Shown here: one piece after another, positions 1-9,393 of the stretch
Layout of the letters: every line of letters begins with the position of its first letter
Position numbering within the stretch: position 1 is the stretch's first letter
Assembly (NCBI GenBank): GCA_963826525.1
Contig: CAWGXH010000005.1
Span: forward strand, 96,001-160,000
DNA: 64,000 nucleotides
Direction of reading: 5' to 3'
Source of the DNA: an uncultured Methanomicrobiaceae archaeon
GTDB taxonomy: Archaea; Halobacteriota; Methanomicrobia; Methanomicrobiales; Methanoculleaceae
Notes under the pieces: model-generated
What the model was told of the DNA's origin: nothing
The model's input: only the letters and a program-made list of their open reading frames with translations
Databases searched by the model: none
Made by a program: the position numbers and the translations under genes

Positions 1-1450
1 GATGACCGCGCGATAGTCGACGGACGGGTCGACCTCGTCGACGCGGATCGGGTAGATTGCCACATCCGCGTCTGCTCCGGGGGCGAGGTGCCCTTTCCCG
101 ATATCGACGATGCCGAGCGCCTTTGCCTGGGCGGCACGGGTCATCACCGCGATCTCGTGCCAGTCGAGCTCCCGGTCGATCGCCGGCAGCGGCACCCGGT
201 GTTCCGTATCGGGATGCACCGTCGCGAGTTCCTCCTCCCGGTATTTTTTGCTCATCAACAGTGCTATGATCTCCGGGTAGCGGACGAACGGAGCGCCGTT
301 CGGGTTGTCCGTCGTCAGGAGGCACCGCCACGGATCGTTCACGAGGAGCGCGAGTTCGAGACCGATCGCCCACATCACCGAGTTGACGAGGTTTTTGCGG
401 CGGTAGATGACCGGGATGATCCCCGAGCCCGTCTCGAGCTCCACGTCGTGGTTGCTCCACTTGTCGTGGTGGAGGCGGTAGAGGTTGAACTCCATCGGCC
501 CGTCGGCGGTCATGGTCGTGGTCTTGCCGAACATCACCTGCCCCATATCGATGGTGATCTGGGGGCGCATGTTCACCATGTTCGCTATCGGCTCGCTCTT
601 CGAGCAGAAATCGCTCCACCCCGACCCCCCGTAGGAGTGGTACTGGACGTGCGTCGCATACAGCGTCTGGCGTTTCTTGTTCAGGTCGGGGATGAGCCCG
701 AACGTCCCCATCGTGCAGGTGTAGTTGCCGGGTTTCCCGAGGTTGTTGCAGTGGAGATGCACCGAGTGCGGAAGGTGGAGCAGCTCGTTCGCCTCCACGA
801 TCGTTCTGATGATCTCCGCCGGGGTGACCTCGAAGTAGGGGACGGGGTCGCGGATACAGCTCACGTTCTTCCCCCAGCCCCACGCCTCGGTGCCCCCGGG
901 GTTCGTGAAGCTTGACGGCAAACCCCTTGACGGCGGAGAGCACCCACGCGATGACGGCGGCGACCCGCTTTGTATCCCCGTCTCGTATCGCCTCCAGCAC
1001 CGACCAGTTCCCGTCGAAGAGGGCGTTTGCCATGGTGTCCTGCAGGGGTGTGTAGCCGAACTCCTCGTGGGTGTGGCGTGCTTCGAGGGGTGCCATCGCC
1101 CCTTCGAGCAGGGTGGTGTAGCCCATCGTACTGTAGCGGTAGCTGTTCCCGTAGGTGGTCGGCACGCTGTAGCCGGAGGTGGCGTGCATATGCCCGCGTC
1201 GCGGCGTCCGTCCCGCACGCATATCCTCGGGGCTCATGTAGCGCCCGAAGTTCACCTTGGTACCGCAGATATGCGTATGCGAGTCGATCCCTCCCGGCAG
1301 CGTTAGGCCTCGGCGGGCGTCGATGACCTCCGCCGCATCGCCGACCCCTTCGACGATCTTCCCGTCGCGAATGGCGATATCCATCACTTCGCCGTTGATG
1401 CCGTTCAACGGATCGATGACGAAGGCGTTTTTGATCAGAAGCTCGCTCAT
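1..1450 (-). CDS. fwdA: Formylmethanofuran dehydrogenase subunit A (amidohydrolase), 3' end beyond window
   Basis: Manual translation from ATG at 1450: MSELLIKNAFVIDPLNGINGEVMDIAIRDGKIVE...LPGGIDSHTHICGTKVNFGRYMSPED (DxHxH motif). Start overlaps the fwdB stop. Absent from the ORF track, probably because no stop falls inside the window. Confidence 0.93.
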   Translation of the reverse strand, partial: MSELLIKNAFVIDPLNGINGEVMDIAIRDGKIVEGVGDAAEVIDARRGLTLPGGIDSHTHICGTKVNFGRYMSPEDMRAGRTPRRGHMHATSGYSVPTTYGNSYRYSTMGYTTLLEGAMAPLEARHTHEEFGYTPLQDTMANALFDGNWSVLEAIRDGDTKRVAAVIAWVLSAVKGFAVKLHEPRGHRGVGLGEERELYPRPRPLLRGHPGGDHQNDRGGERAAPPSALGASPLQQPRETRQLHLHDGDVRAHPRPEQETPDAVCDARPVPLLRGVGVERFLLEERADSEHGEHAPPDHHRYGAGDVRQDHDHDRRRADGVQPLPPPPRQVEQPRRGARDGLGDHPGHLPPQKPRQLGDVGDRSRTRAPRERSVAVPPDDGQPERRSVRPLPGDHSTVDEQKIPGGGTRDGASRYGTPGAAAGDRPGARLARDRGDDPCRPGKGARHRRYRERAPRPRSRRGCGNLPDPRRRGRPVRRLSRGH

Positions 1451-2736
1451 GGCTGCCGCACCTCCTGTATACGTGCGTATATCCTCCCGAGGACTTCTTC
1501 GTCGCTCGGGTAATCGGTGGTGAGCACTTTGCGCGTGCGGATAGGGACGCCGTCCATCCGGTATGCCGTGCCTTCGGCATCGATCCCGGTCACCGCGACC
1601 GGTATCTGCACATCGCAGAACGCGGTGGTTGCATTGGCATATGGATCGATCTGCACCACCGGGATATCGGCAAGGTGTTTGATGCACGCGCGGGGAAAAT
1701 GGGCTCCGGGATCGCTCGCGACGATCAGGCAGGCGTCGCACTCCTTCCGTGCGAGAATATCCACCGCGGTCGTCTCGCCTGGATTGTAGAACGCGATCCC
1801 GCGGGAGAAATCGATCCCGAACGGATACCCCGTCATCCACGTATTCACTTCGTTCGACCCGTAGACATTGTAGTGTCCGCGCATCGCCGAGATGGTAAAC
1901 TTCGTGTACCGGGAGAGTTCGTCGACGAGTTCGATGGCGTTCCGGATATTCTTGTACTTCCCCCTGGTCATGGTGAGCCCGAGCCCGAAGTAGACCGCTC
2001 CGAACTTCGCCTTTTTACAGAGATCGACGATGCGGAAGAGCTGTTCGCGGGGGACGCCTCCGACGGTGCGGGGGAGCGATTCGCCCTTGCCGCGGGCGAT
2101 CGCCCGGAGCGCCGAGAGCACCGCGTAGTCGGCACCGGGCTCTATCTGCACGAACTCGTCGGCGAGGTTCGTCGTCTCGGTCTTCCGAACATCGACGACG
2201 ATCACCTTTCGGTCGCGGAAGGCGTTCTCGAGGAAGAATCCGTCGGCATAGCGGGTGTAGCGGGAGAGGTGCCGGGGATGGGCGTCGATCGGGTTGCACC
2301 CCCAGTAGATGAGGAGATCCGCCCGGTTCTTCACCTGGCCGAGGGTGCAGCCCGGGTGGCCGACCTCCTGGATGGCCAGGATCGACGGCCCGTGGCAGAC
2401 GGACGAGGTGTTGTCGATGACGCCCCGGAGGAGTTCGGCCATATGGACGCCGACACACTGCGCCTCGCCGTGGGTGCCGCTCCACCCGTAGAGGAGCGGC
2501 CGGTCGGCCTCGAGCAGCATATCGACGGCGTACTCCACGGCCTCGTCGTATCCGATATCCTTCCAGGTATCGCCGTCGCGCCGGATAGGTCCTTTCAGTC
2601 GGTGGTCGCCGAGGAACTTGTGGTTCCCGAGCGTGCACGCGTTATCGACGGCGACGATCTTGCCGTCCTCGACCGTCACCTCGATATCGTCGCAGAGGCA
2701 GCCGCAGAAGGGGCAGACGGCATCTTTAATGATCAT
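1447..2736 (-). CDS. fwdB: Formylmethanofuran dehydrogenase subunit B (Mo/W-pterin, Cys ligand)
   Basis: CPFCGCLCDD Fe-S motif; SVCHGPS active-site Cys; CTLGQVKNRAD; GTAYRMDGVP. Confidence 0.96.
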   Translation of the reverse strand: MIIKDAVCPFCGCLCDDIEVTVEDGKIVAVDNACTLGNHKFLGDHRLKGPIRRDGDTWKDIGYDEAVEYAVDMLLEADRPLLYGWSGTHGEAQCVGVHMAELLRGVIDNTSSVCHGPSILAIQEVGHPGCTLGQVKNRADLLIYWGCNPIDAHPRHLSRYTRYADGFFLENAFRDRKVIVVDVRKTETTNLADEFVQIEPGADYAVLSALRAIARGKGESLPRTVGGVPREQLFRIVDLCKKAKFGAVYFGLGLTMTRGKYKNIRNAIELVDELSRYTKFTISAMRGHYNVYGSNEVNTWMTGYPFGIDFSRGIAFYNPGETTAVDILARKECDACLIVASDPGAHFPRACIKHLADIPVVQIDPYANATTAFCDVQIPVAVTGIDAEGTAYRMDGVPIRTRKVLTTDYPSDEEVLGRIYARIQEVRQP

Positions 2737-3115
2737 AGGCCAGCCCTCCGAGTTCTGCCATCAGTTCGTAGACGGTCTTGCGGGCTTCGTCGGTCGGTTC
2801 GATCGTCACTTCGGTCGACTTGAAGTCGGGCATCCCCGTCGAGTGGGTCTCTCCGTCGATGATGTGGTTCGCATACGGCCCGTAGGGCACGAAGATCGTC
2901 CCCGGTTTGAGGTGCTCGTCGGATACGACCGTGAGGACGACCTCGCCGAAGGGGCTCGTCACCCGCACGTTCTCCCGGTCGTCGACGCCGAGATCCATCA
3001 TGTCGAAGAGGTGCATGAAGCAGGTGCCGGTCTCGTCGTTGTAGGCGACCGACCGCTTGTTCTCCACGTTCACGCCCTGGTTCACCGTCCGCCCCGTGTT
3101 CATCAGAAACTTCAT
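2726..3115 (-). CDS. fwdD: Formylmethanofuran dehydrogenase subunit D
   Basis: MKFLMNTGRTVNQG...FVPYGPYAN...THSTGMPDFK. Likely true ATG at 3115 within track ORF 2726..3670. Confidence 0.93.
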   Translation of the reverse strand: MKFLMNTGRTVNQGVNVENKRSVAYNDETGTCFMHLFDMMDLGVDDRENVRVTSPFGEVVLTVVSDEHLKPGTIFVPYGPYANHIIDGETHSTGMPDFKSTEVTIEPTDEARKTVYELMAELGGLAYDH

Positions 3116-3717
3116 GCCGCTTCCTCCTGGATGCCTTCGACCATCCGGGCGACGCGGATGGCCTTGTTCGGGCAGTTGTTCTCGCAGGTCTTGCATCCGA
3201 CGCACTTCTCCTCGTGGATAACCCGGAGGCGCCCGCCCTCGACCTTCATGATAACCTCGTCGTTTGCGGAGGTGCCGGTGGATGCGAGCTGCGGGTCCTC
3301 GCGTTTGTTGACCGGGCAGGAGACGGCGCAGTTCCCGCACCGCATGCAGAGGACGTCGTCGACGGTGAGGCGGTACCACGACCGAAAGAGCGTCTTCTCC
3401 TGCTGCTGCCGGTCGAGCACCCGCCCGCTCCAGAGAACGTCTTCGGGGCATGCCTCGACGCAGAGACCGCAGCGGATGCAGTGTCCGCGGTGGATCATGG
3501 GTTTCCAGTGGTCCTGGTGGTAGAGGACCTCGATCGCTCCTGGGGCCGGACAGATCATCATGCAGCTCAAGCAGGCCGTGCACTCGTGTCCGGTCGGCAG
3601 CGGGTAGTCCTTGAAGTAGGGGGGCGAGACCAGCGGAGCGGTCTTTGCGAAGAAGAACTTTCGGAGCCACTCCATCCGCAGGAATTCGCGGAAGTACCAG
3701 GTGATTGACAGACCCAT
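3112..3717 (-). CDS. 4x[4Fe-4S] polyferredoxin with NuoI/EchF-like N-half and FwdG-like C-half
   Basis: Four CxxCxxCxxxCP motifs. C-half CMRCGNCAVSCPVN...EVIMKVEGG...CKTCENNCPNKAIRV resembles FwdG. Confidence 0.85.
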   Translation of the reverse strand: MGLSITWYFREFLRMEWLRKFFFAKTAPLVSPPYFKDYPLPTGHECTACLSCMMICPAPGAIEVLYHQDHWKPMIHRGHCIRCGLCVEACPEDVLWSGRVLDRQQQEKTLFRSWYRLTVDDVLCMRCGNCAVSCPVNKREDPQLASTGTSANDEVIMKVEGGRLRVIHEEKCVGCKTCENNCPNKAIRVARMVEGIQEEAA

Positions 3718-3731
3718 ATCCTTTGTCTCTC

Positions 3732-4823
3732 CTACCGCTCGTTGCAGGCGATGCAGGGATCGCTGCTGATGAACGTCGACGTCACGTCGGCGATCGAGGT
3801 TGCACCGGTGATCATGTGGTGGGCGCAGGCCTCGATATTCATGATGGACGGTGTCCTGATGGCGATATCGAGGATCCGGCCGTACTCATCTGATTTGATC
3901 GAGTAGGTCAGCTCGCCGCGGGGTGCTTCGCCCTGGTAGACGATCTCGCCGGCACTGCAGACGCCGCCGCCGCGGATAGACCCGCCCTCCGGCAGCCGGT
4001 CGACACACTGCCGGATGAGATCGATGCTCTGGAAGACCTCCTGGAACCGGACCATGATCCTGGCGAAGTTGTCGCCCTCCGTCCTGTAGATCGGTTCAAA
4101 GTCGAGCTGCCGGTAGGTCGGATGGCAGAGCCGGCGATCGCACTCCGGCACACCGCTCGCTTTTGCCGTCGGGCCGACGGCGTGCGCCTCGATCGCCTTT
4201 TCCCGGGTCAGGATGCCGATCCCCTTGCTCCGAAGAGCGATCAGGGGGCCGGTCTCGAACATCCCGACATAGCGCTGCATATCCGCCTCGACTTTTGCAA
4301 GGTCCGCGAGAAGTGCGGCTTTGTCCTCTTCCGACAGGTCGAACCGCACGCCGCCCGGGATCATGTAGGCGGTGTTGATCCTTGATCCGGTGATCCGCTC
4401 GAGGTTGTCGAGAACGGTCTCACGGACGTTCAACAGGTACATCCCGAGGGTCTCGTGCTCGATCGTGTAGCAGTAGGAGAAGTTCGCGAGGATGTGGCTT
4501 GCTATCCGGTCGAGTTCGTTGACGGCGACCCGGAGGTATGCGGCTCTCGGCGGCACTTCGATCCCGCTGATCCCTTCCATCGCCTCGATGAAGACCATGT
4601 TGTGGACGACGGAGCAGATGCCGCAGACGCGCTCTGCGAGGAACATCACCTCCTGCCAGGGGCGTCCCCGCATGATCCGCTCGATCCCTTTCTTCATGTA
4701 TCCGAGTTCAACCTCGGTCCGGAGCACGCGCTCGCCGCTCGTCTCGCACTTCAGGCGGACGGGCTCTTTCCAGCAGGGGTGCACGGGGCCGAGGGGAATG
4801 GATACGTCGACAGTCTTCTTCAT
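3732..4823 (-). CDS. ehaO: Energy-converting (group 4) [NiFe]-hydrogenase large subunit
   Basis: GPVHP; L1 motif ERVCGIC; EAPRGE; L2 motif DPCIACNER at the C-terminus with no cleavable extension. Confidence 0.92.
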   Translation of the reverse strand: MKKTVDVSIPLGPVHPCWKEPVRLKCETSGERVLRTEVELGYMKKGIERIMRGRPWQEVMFLAERVCGICSVVHNMVFIEAMEGISGIEVPPRAAYLRVAVNELDRIASHILANFSYCYTIEHETLGMYLLNVRETVLDNLERITGSRINTAYMIPGGVRFDLSEEDKAALLADLAKVEADMQRYVGMFETGPLIALRSKGIGILTREKAIEAHAVGPTAKASGVPECDRRLCHPTYRQLDFEPIYRTEGDNFARIMVRFQEVFQSIDLIRQCVDRLPEGGSIRGGGVCSAGEIVYQGEAPRGELTYSIKSDEYGRILDIAIRTPSIMNIEACAHHMITGATSIADVTSTFISSDPCIACNER

Positions 4824-5278
4824 TTCTGTTTCTTCTCCTCGTAGTCGTTAAACAGCGTCGGCGCAAGCGCGAGGATTGCGCTTAAGATCTCCGTCGGCCG
4901 GGGCGGGCACCCCGGCACTTGGGCTGCGATGGGGATGTACTTGGCCACCGGCGGTTCGATGTACGAGTGCCACCGGTTGAAGACGCAGCCTGAGATTGGG
5001 CAGTTGCCGACGGCTATCGCCACCTTCGGCTCCGGGATCTTCTCCCAGAGTTCCGGGAGCTTATCCACCCACTGTGGTGTCATGGACCCGATGACGAGCA
5101 GGACATCCGCCTCCCGCGGGTTATTGTGAACGTAAATGCCGTACTGTTCGATATCGTACCGGGGTGCGAGGCATGCAAGCACCTCAATGTCACAGCCGTT
5201 GCAGGACCCTACGTCGACGTAGGCGACGTGAATCGAGCGCGAACGGACGGTGTTTTTGATCTTCTGAAGAATGCTCAT
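4820..5278 (-). CDS. ehaN: Energy-converting hydrogenase small subunit
   Basis: GSCNGCDIE, NPREADVLLV, GNCPISG and GCPPRP motifs; ATG at 5278. Confidence 0.92.
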   Translation of the reverse strand: MSILQKIKNTVRSRSIHVAYVDVGSCNGCDIEVLACLAPRYDIEQYGIYVHNNPREADVLLVIGSMTPQWVDKLPELWEKIPEPKVAIAVGNCPISGCVFNRWHSYIEPPVAKYIPIAAQVPGCPPRPTEILSAILALAPTLFNDYEEKKQK

Positions 5279-5662
5279 CGCCTGATCGCCTCCCGTATCT
5301 GTGCCTTCCCTTCGTCGATCGCCGGTAACTCCGGTGTTCCTCCGGCGATCGCCGCTTTGACATCGCTGCAGATCGTCTCCATCGTCCCGGGTTCGACCAG
5401 GGGGATGAAGCGGGTGAAGAGCTCGCACCCGAGTCTTTCGGCGATCGGATCGGTCTTGTCGGCATAGCAGGAGCCCCATCTCGTAGCGGGCCTGAAGATT
5501 CTCGAGGAGCGACATGTCGAAATCCCGGATCAGGATCATCCGGAGTTTCTGGTCGCTTATATCAAGGCGCCGGGCGATCTGCTTGACGGCAAGGTCGTGC
5601 CGGGTGCTCGTCAGGATATTGTACTTCATCTGCCGGAGATCCTTTTCGTACAGGTACTTCAT
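5275..5662 (-). CDS. ehaM: Eha soluble subunit (EhaM/DUF1959-like), frameshifted near 5465
   Basis: MKYLYEKDLRQMKYNIL...; continues in another frame as DPIAERLGCELFTRFIPLV...KAQIREAIRR*. Lies just upstream of the small subunit. Confidence 0.65.
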
Positions 5663-5904
5663 AGGAGGCCGCCTCCGATCAATGCGTAGACTGCAAAACA
5701 GAGGACGCCTGCCCAGAGCAGGGTCATCTCGTAGCGTTTGAGGGCAAGGCTCTCGCGCTGCCACGTGAGCGCGGCGGCAGCAGCGAGCAGAATGATGCCG
5801 GCCGCCGCCTGCGCGAGTACGCTCTCGTTCATGGCCACCTGGACCAGAATCACTGCAGTATAAAATACGGCCCCGAGCGTGATAAGCGTGCGCACCACAT
5901 TCAT
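5659..5904 (-). CDS. Small membrane subunit of the Eha cluster
   Basis: 81 aa with about three hydrophobic segments; overlaps both neighbours by 4 nt. Confidence 0.7.
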   Translation of the reverse strand: MNVVRTLITLGAVFYTAVILVQVAMNESVLAQAAAGIILLAAAAALTWQRESLALKRYEMTLLWAGVLCFAVYALIGGGLL

Positions 5905-6746
5905 CCTGTAATCACCCCGAGAACAATGATATAGACGACGATCGCCCCGGTCACCAGGCTCTGCACCGTGACGGTATCGTACGGGGAGAGCATGGGCGAG
6001 ACCGCGCAGACGAACGAGAGCGATATGAGGACGAGGAGCATCACGAGCAGGGCTACGAGGAGGGGCAGCTGCCCGATGAAGATGAGCACGAAGGCGTAGA
6101 GGAGCACGTAGGTCTTGATCGCATACGCAACCTCGAGGCCTGCCCGCCAGACGCCGAAGTGTTCGGTCATGTTGCCGCTCACGATCTCTTTGGCCTCGAT
6201 GATGGCAAAGGGGCTGTAGTGGAGCTTCGAGAGGATCACGAGGTACATCGCGACCGCTGCCGGGAAGGCGGCGATGAGCAGCGGGCCATGCGCCTGCTGG
6301 TAGGCGATGATGTCCGAGAGCATCAGCGAGTGCGTGAAGAAGTATATGACGCCGATCGTTGCAAGGAGCGGCAGTTCCGACGCCGCGGAGATGACCGATC
6401 GTATCGCCCCGAACTTTCCGTACGGCGAGCCGGACGAGAGCCCGAGTCCGTGCTCCACGATCTTGTGGATCATGTAGACGCCGAAGAGCAGCAGGATGCT
6501 TCCGCCGGAGAGCAGGATGAAGAGCGAAGCGCTCCAGATACCGATCGCCACGAGCACGACCGCGACGAAGAGCGTCCGGCTTGCTGTCCGGGGTATCCAG
6601 GTCTCCTTGAACGAGAACTTCAGCGTATGGAGAATCTCCTGCCAGATCGGCGGGCCGGGGCGGCCCTGCACCCGTGCTATGACTTTCCGGTGAATGCCGT
6701 GAAAGAGCAGCCCGACGAACAGTGCGAAGATCAGGTATTCTATCAT
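5901..6746 (-). CDS. ehaJ: Eha membrane subunit, NuoH/complex I subunit 1 family
   Basis: RKVIARVQGRPGPP, SGSPYGKFGAIR and PFAIIEAKEIVSG motifs. Confidence 0.9.
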   Translation of the reverse strand: MIEYLIFALFVGLLFHGIHRKVIARVQGRPGPPIWQEILHTLKFSFKETWIPRTASRTLFVAVVLVAIGIWSASLFILLSGGSILLLFGVYMIHKIVEHGLGLSSGSPYGKFGAIRSVISAASELPLLATIGVIYFFTHSLMLSDIIAYQQAHGPLLIAAFPAAVAMYLVILSKLHYSPFAIIEAKEIVSGNMTEHFGVWRAGLEVAYAIKTYVLLYAFVLIFIGQLPLLVALLVMLLVLISLSFVCAVSPMLSPYDTVTVQSLVTGAIVVYIIVLGVITG

Positions 6747-6747
6747 G

Positions 6748-6954
6748 TCAGTATCCTATGAACGGGATGTCCGCAACTCCATCCGATGCGCTCCACCACA
6801 GTGCCAGGAATACGACGAAGAGTGGAAACGCGAAGATGAGCAGTATCTCCGCGACCCAGAGGTCGAGGAAGCCTGCCGCCGCCGCGACCGCCGCGGCCAG
6901 GCAGACGATTCCGGTGATCGCTGCAATACTCAGTGAACGCTGTTTTGGCATCAT
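6748..6954 (-). CDS. Small two-TM Eha subunit (EhaI-like)
   Basis: 68 aa hydrophobic protein ending DIPFIGY; operon position. Confidence 0.7.
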   Translation of the reverse strand: MMPKQRSLSIAAITGIVCLAAAVAAAAGFLDLWVAEILLIFAFPLFVVFLALWWSASDGVADIPFIGY

Positions 6955-6958
6955 CTCA

Positions 6959-7636
6959 TCACATCGATATGACTATCTCAACCACCCGCAGGAAGACGAG
7001 CAGGGAACTGACGTGGACCATCAGGATGTAGGGAGCCCCCTGGGCACGGGTGATCTCCGCTTTTGCCACGTAGAACGGTGCCATTCCTTCGCCCATCACC
7101 CCGAGGACGAGGAAGATCTTTGCAATGAGCGGCACTGCGATTGCGGGCAGGTAGAGTTCCCACAGGCTCAGCGTGCCGGTCGTTGCAAGGACGATCGCCG
7201 CTCCCCCGAAGAGCGGCACCGTGGCGAGCATCGCGACGATGCCGTACTGGAAGGCGGCGTTCAGGACGTGTTTGTTCCGGTACGCCGCGACGATGCCGAT
7301 GTTGGTGATGCCCACCATCGAGACGAAGAGAGTGTAGTTGAAGACGTCGCCGCTCACAACGGCACCGAGCGTGGCAAGGCCGCAGGCGATTGCCATGAAC
7401 CGCTGGAACCGGAGCAGTTTCGGGTCGATCTCCTTCGTGTAGTAGGCGTCGCCCCCAAACGCGATATCGACCATCCGTTCCGGCCTGCTGACGATCGCAA
7501 GGATGGTGAAGATGAGGGCGAAGGCAAAGAGCGCGGCGGTGTAGACGCTGAAGTAGTCGACGATATCCCCGAACTCCAGGACGAAGAGCTCGCTGCCGCC
7601 GATGTTCGTTACCGGGAGATTAAACATTCGCACCAC
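6959..7636 (-). CDS. ehaH: Eha membrane subunit (EhaH-like, antiporter-related)
   Basis: Polytopic; GDVFNYTLF, LNAAFQYG, TGTLSL, GMAPFYVAKAE. Confidence 0.75.
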   Translation of the reverse strand: MVRMFNLPVTNIGGSELFVLEFGDIVDYFSVYTAALFAFALIFTILAIVSRPERMVDIAFGGDAYYTKEIDPKLLRFQRFMAIACGLATLGAVVSGDVFNYTLFVSMVGITNIGIVAAYRNKHVLNAAFQYGIVAMLATVPLFGGAAIVLATTGTLSLWELYLPAIAVPLIAKIFLVLGVMGEGMAPFYVAKAEITRAQGAPYILMVHVSSLLVFLRVVEIVISM

Positions 7637-8225
7637 CCCGCATCGTCCCGATGAGGGACATCTTTGCCATCACTTTTACCAGGATCGCTCCACCGGCGAT
7701 CATCACGCCGAAGAACCAGTACACCGGCAGGAACATGAAGATGAAGAATGCCCCTATCCAGAAGACCCAGGCATAGCCGCTGACGGTCTCGATGAGGTCG
7801 AACCGCTCGTCGTGCCCCTTGCAGAGGAAGTAGAAGATAGCGCCCACGGCGGCTATCGCCCCGCCGGTGAACCCGGAGAGGACGATGCCGTACGCGACCA
7901 GGATCAGCGCCATTAGCCCTGGTGCGCTCTCCATCACCTCGATCCGGAGCGGCGGGGTGGCTGGTGGCGTCCTCAGGTCTTCTTTGGCGAGGTAGACCTC
8001 CGAGACGGCTAAGAGTTCGGATATCCCGACGACGAGGCCAGGGAGGATGAGCGCCTCGGCAAGGTCGGTGGCGACGAAGGCGATGAGCGCGAGCGCCAGG
8101 ATCTCGGCAAGATCCGTCAGGAGTATCCGGTGCAGGTCGTCCCGCTCCCGTATGAGGGCGTAGAACCCGATGACGATCCCGAGGAAGACGACGAGCAGGC
8201 CGAGGCTGTAGGTCGGATCCATCAA
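7620..8225 (-). CDS. ehaG: Eha membrane subunit (EhaG-like)
   Basis: Polytopic; TDLAEALILPGLVVG, LSGFTGGA. Confidence 0.72.
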   Translation of the reverse strand: MMDPTYSLGLLVVFLGIVIGFYALIRERDDLHRILLTDLAEILALALIAFVATDLAEALILPGLVVGISELLAVSEVYLAKEDLRTPPATPPLRIEVMESAPGLMALILVAYGIVLSGFTGGAIAAVGAIFYFLCKGHDERFDLIETVSGYAWVFWIGAFFIFMFLPVYWFFGVMIAGGAILVKVMAKMSLIGTMRGGANV

Positions 8226-8686
8226 TCGGCCCTCCTGAAGAGGTATGCGGCGATGGCGAACGCTATGAAGAGGATGCTCGTCTCCGCGACCGTATCGAGC
8301 CCCCGGGTGTTGTAGAGGATCTCGTCGATGATGCCGCCCGGGTGCGAGACGATCGTCGTGCCGAGATGGAACGTCTGCTCTGCCAGGAACGCTGAGAACG
8401 GCGTCAGGTACGCCGTGACGTAGCCGAGATACGGGGAGTTCTCCGGGTACTGTGCTACGACATCCGTCTTACCGAACGGCTCCCCGCCCCGGTCGTAGGG
8501 ATTGAGGCTGCTTGCCGGATCGATTGTCTTCGGATACAACTGGTTTTCGTCGTACCCGACGAACGGCAGCGTAACAATGCCGATGACGACGGCCGCCACG
8601 ACCAGCAGCGCATAGAGGGCCGAGAGATTCTCGTAGTTCGAGACCGTCCGGGATATCCTGCTGATGATAAGACCTGGTCGTTTCAT
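8222..8686 (-). CDS. ehaF: Eha subunit (EhaF-like)
   Basis: ATG at 8686; PYDRGGEP, AQYPE, GYVTAYLTP, GTTIVSHPGGIIDEILYNTRGLDTVAE. Confidence 0.78.
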   Translation of the reverse strand: MKRPGLIISRISRTVSNYENLSALYALLVVAAVVIGIVTLPFVGYDENQLYPKTIDPASSLNPYDRGGEPFGKTDVVAQYPENSPYLGYVTAYLTPFSAFLAEQTFHLGTTIVSHPGGIIDEILYNTRGLDTVAETSILFIAFAIAAYLFRRAD

Positions 8687-8919
8687 GGCTCGCCCCTCCG
8701 TTCGATGACCCGTACCAGGACGAAGGTCGAGATCGCCGTCACCCCGACGAAGGTGAGCAGCGCCAGCGTCTCGTTGAACGAGAGCATGATCAGGAGCAGC
8801 CCGAATGCCGGGATCTCGAGATTGATCAATCGACCGACGTAGGTCTTCTCCCGCGGGAACCCCACGGCGACGATCCCGATGAGGAGGATCGCACAGCCGA
8901 GGAGGAACTCGGGGCTCAT
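8683..8919 (-). CDS. ehaE: Eha small membrane subunit (EhaE-like)
   Basis: RLINLEIPAFG...LALLTF; 78 aa, hydrophobic. Confidence 0.72.
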   Translation of the reverse strand: MSPEFLLGCAILLIGIVAVGFPREKTYVGRLINLEIPAFGLLLIMLSFNETLALLTFVGVTAISTFVLVRVIERRGEP

Positions 8920-9146
8920 GCCGCACTCCTCCTGCAGACGAGCAGGATGATGATCGTCGTCACCGGGATAATGAGCCCGACGGCGATGGCGACGTCCAGG
9001 TACCCGCGGTCGACGAGGAACGGTAGAACGCCCCCGGCGATGATCCCGACGGAGATCAGTTTGTTGAAGGAGTCGGTCTGCAGAAGAGCGCTCACCGCCC
9101 CGATGAGGGCGATGGCTCCGTAGAGAACCGCGAGCAGGTCATTCAT
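8916..9146 (-). CDS. ehaD: Eha small membrane subunit (EhaD-like)
   Basis: ATG at 9146; DSFNKLI...YLDVAIA...PVTTII. Confidence 0.7.
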   Translation of the reverse strand: MNDLLAVLYGAIALIGAVSALLQTDSFNKLISVGIIAGGVLPFLVDRGYLDVAIAVGLIIPVTTIIILLVCRRSAA

Positions 9147-9393
9147 CCTTCGGTACCCCTCCCGCATAGGTGCTCGCGATTGCGTTCGATTCAAGAGTCG
9201 AGCCCACGAAGTACGCCGCGGCCGCGACGAGCGAGAGCGGGTGATCGAGCAGCAGGACGAGCGATCCCGCTATGGCGAAGTTCATGGCGTTGAGGTAGGG
9301 AAGTTTCCTGCCCGTCTTCCCTTCAAAGACCGCCCGGAGAGCGGCAAAGACCGCAATGGCGCCGAGGAGCGGAAGCGCGATCACGATCGCCAC
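9139..9393 (-). CDS. ehaC: Eha small membrane subunit (EhaC-like)
   Basis: Probable GTG at 9393; KLPYLNAMNFAIA...AYFVGSTLESNAIA. Confidence 0.7.
   Translation of the reverse strand: MAIVIALPLLGAIAVFAALRAVFEGKTGRKLPYLNAMNFAIAGSLVLLLDHPLSLVAAAAYFVGSTLESNAIASTYAGGVPKDE

Noticed and set aside
88-2823. Long + strand ORFs 88..915 and 1675..2823, and similar ones elsewhere (11750..13030, 28281..29798, 42081..43664, 57414..58793)
   Set aside because: Antisense shadows of well-supported genes, expected in GC-rich DNA; no recognisable motifs.
4820-5764. Apparent EhaM-EhaN fusion ORF
   Set aside because: Produced by an indel near 5465; the EhaM C-terminus is in another frame and EhaN has its own ATG at 5278.
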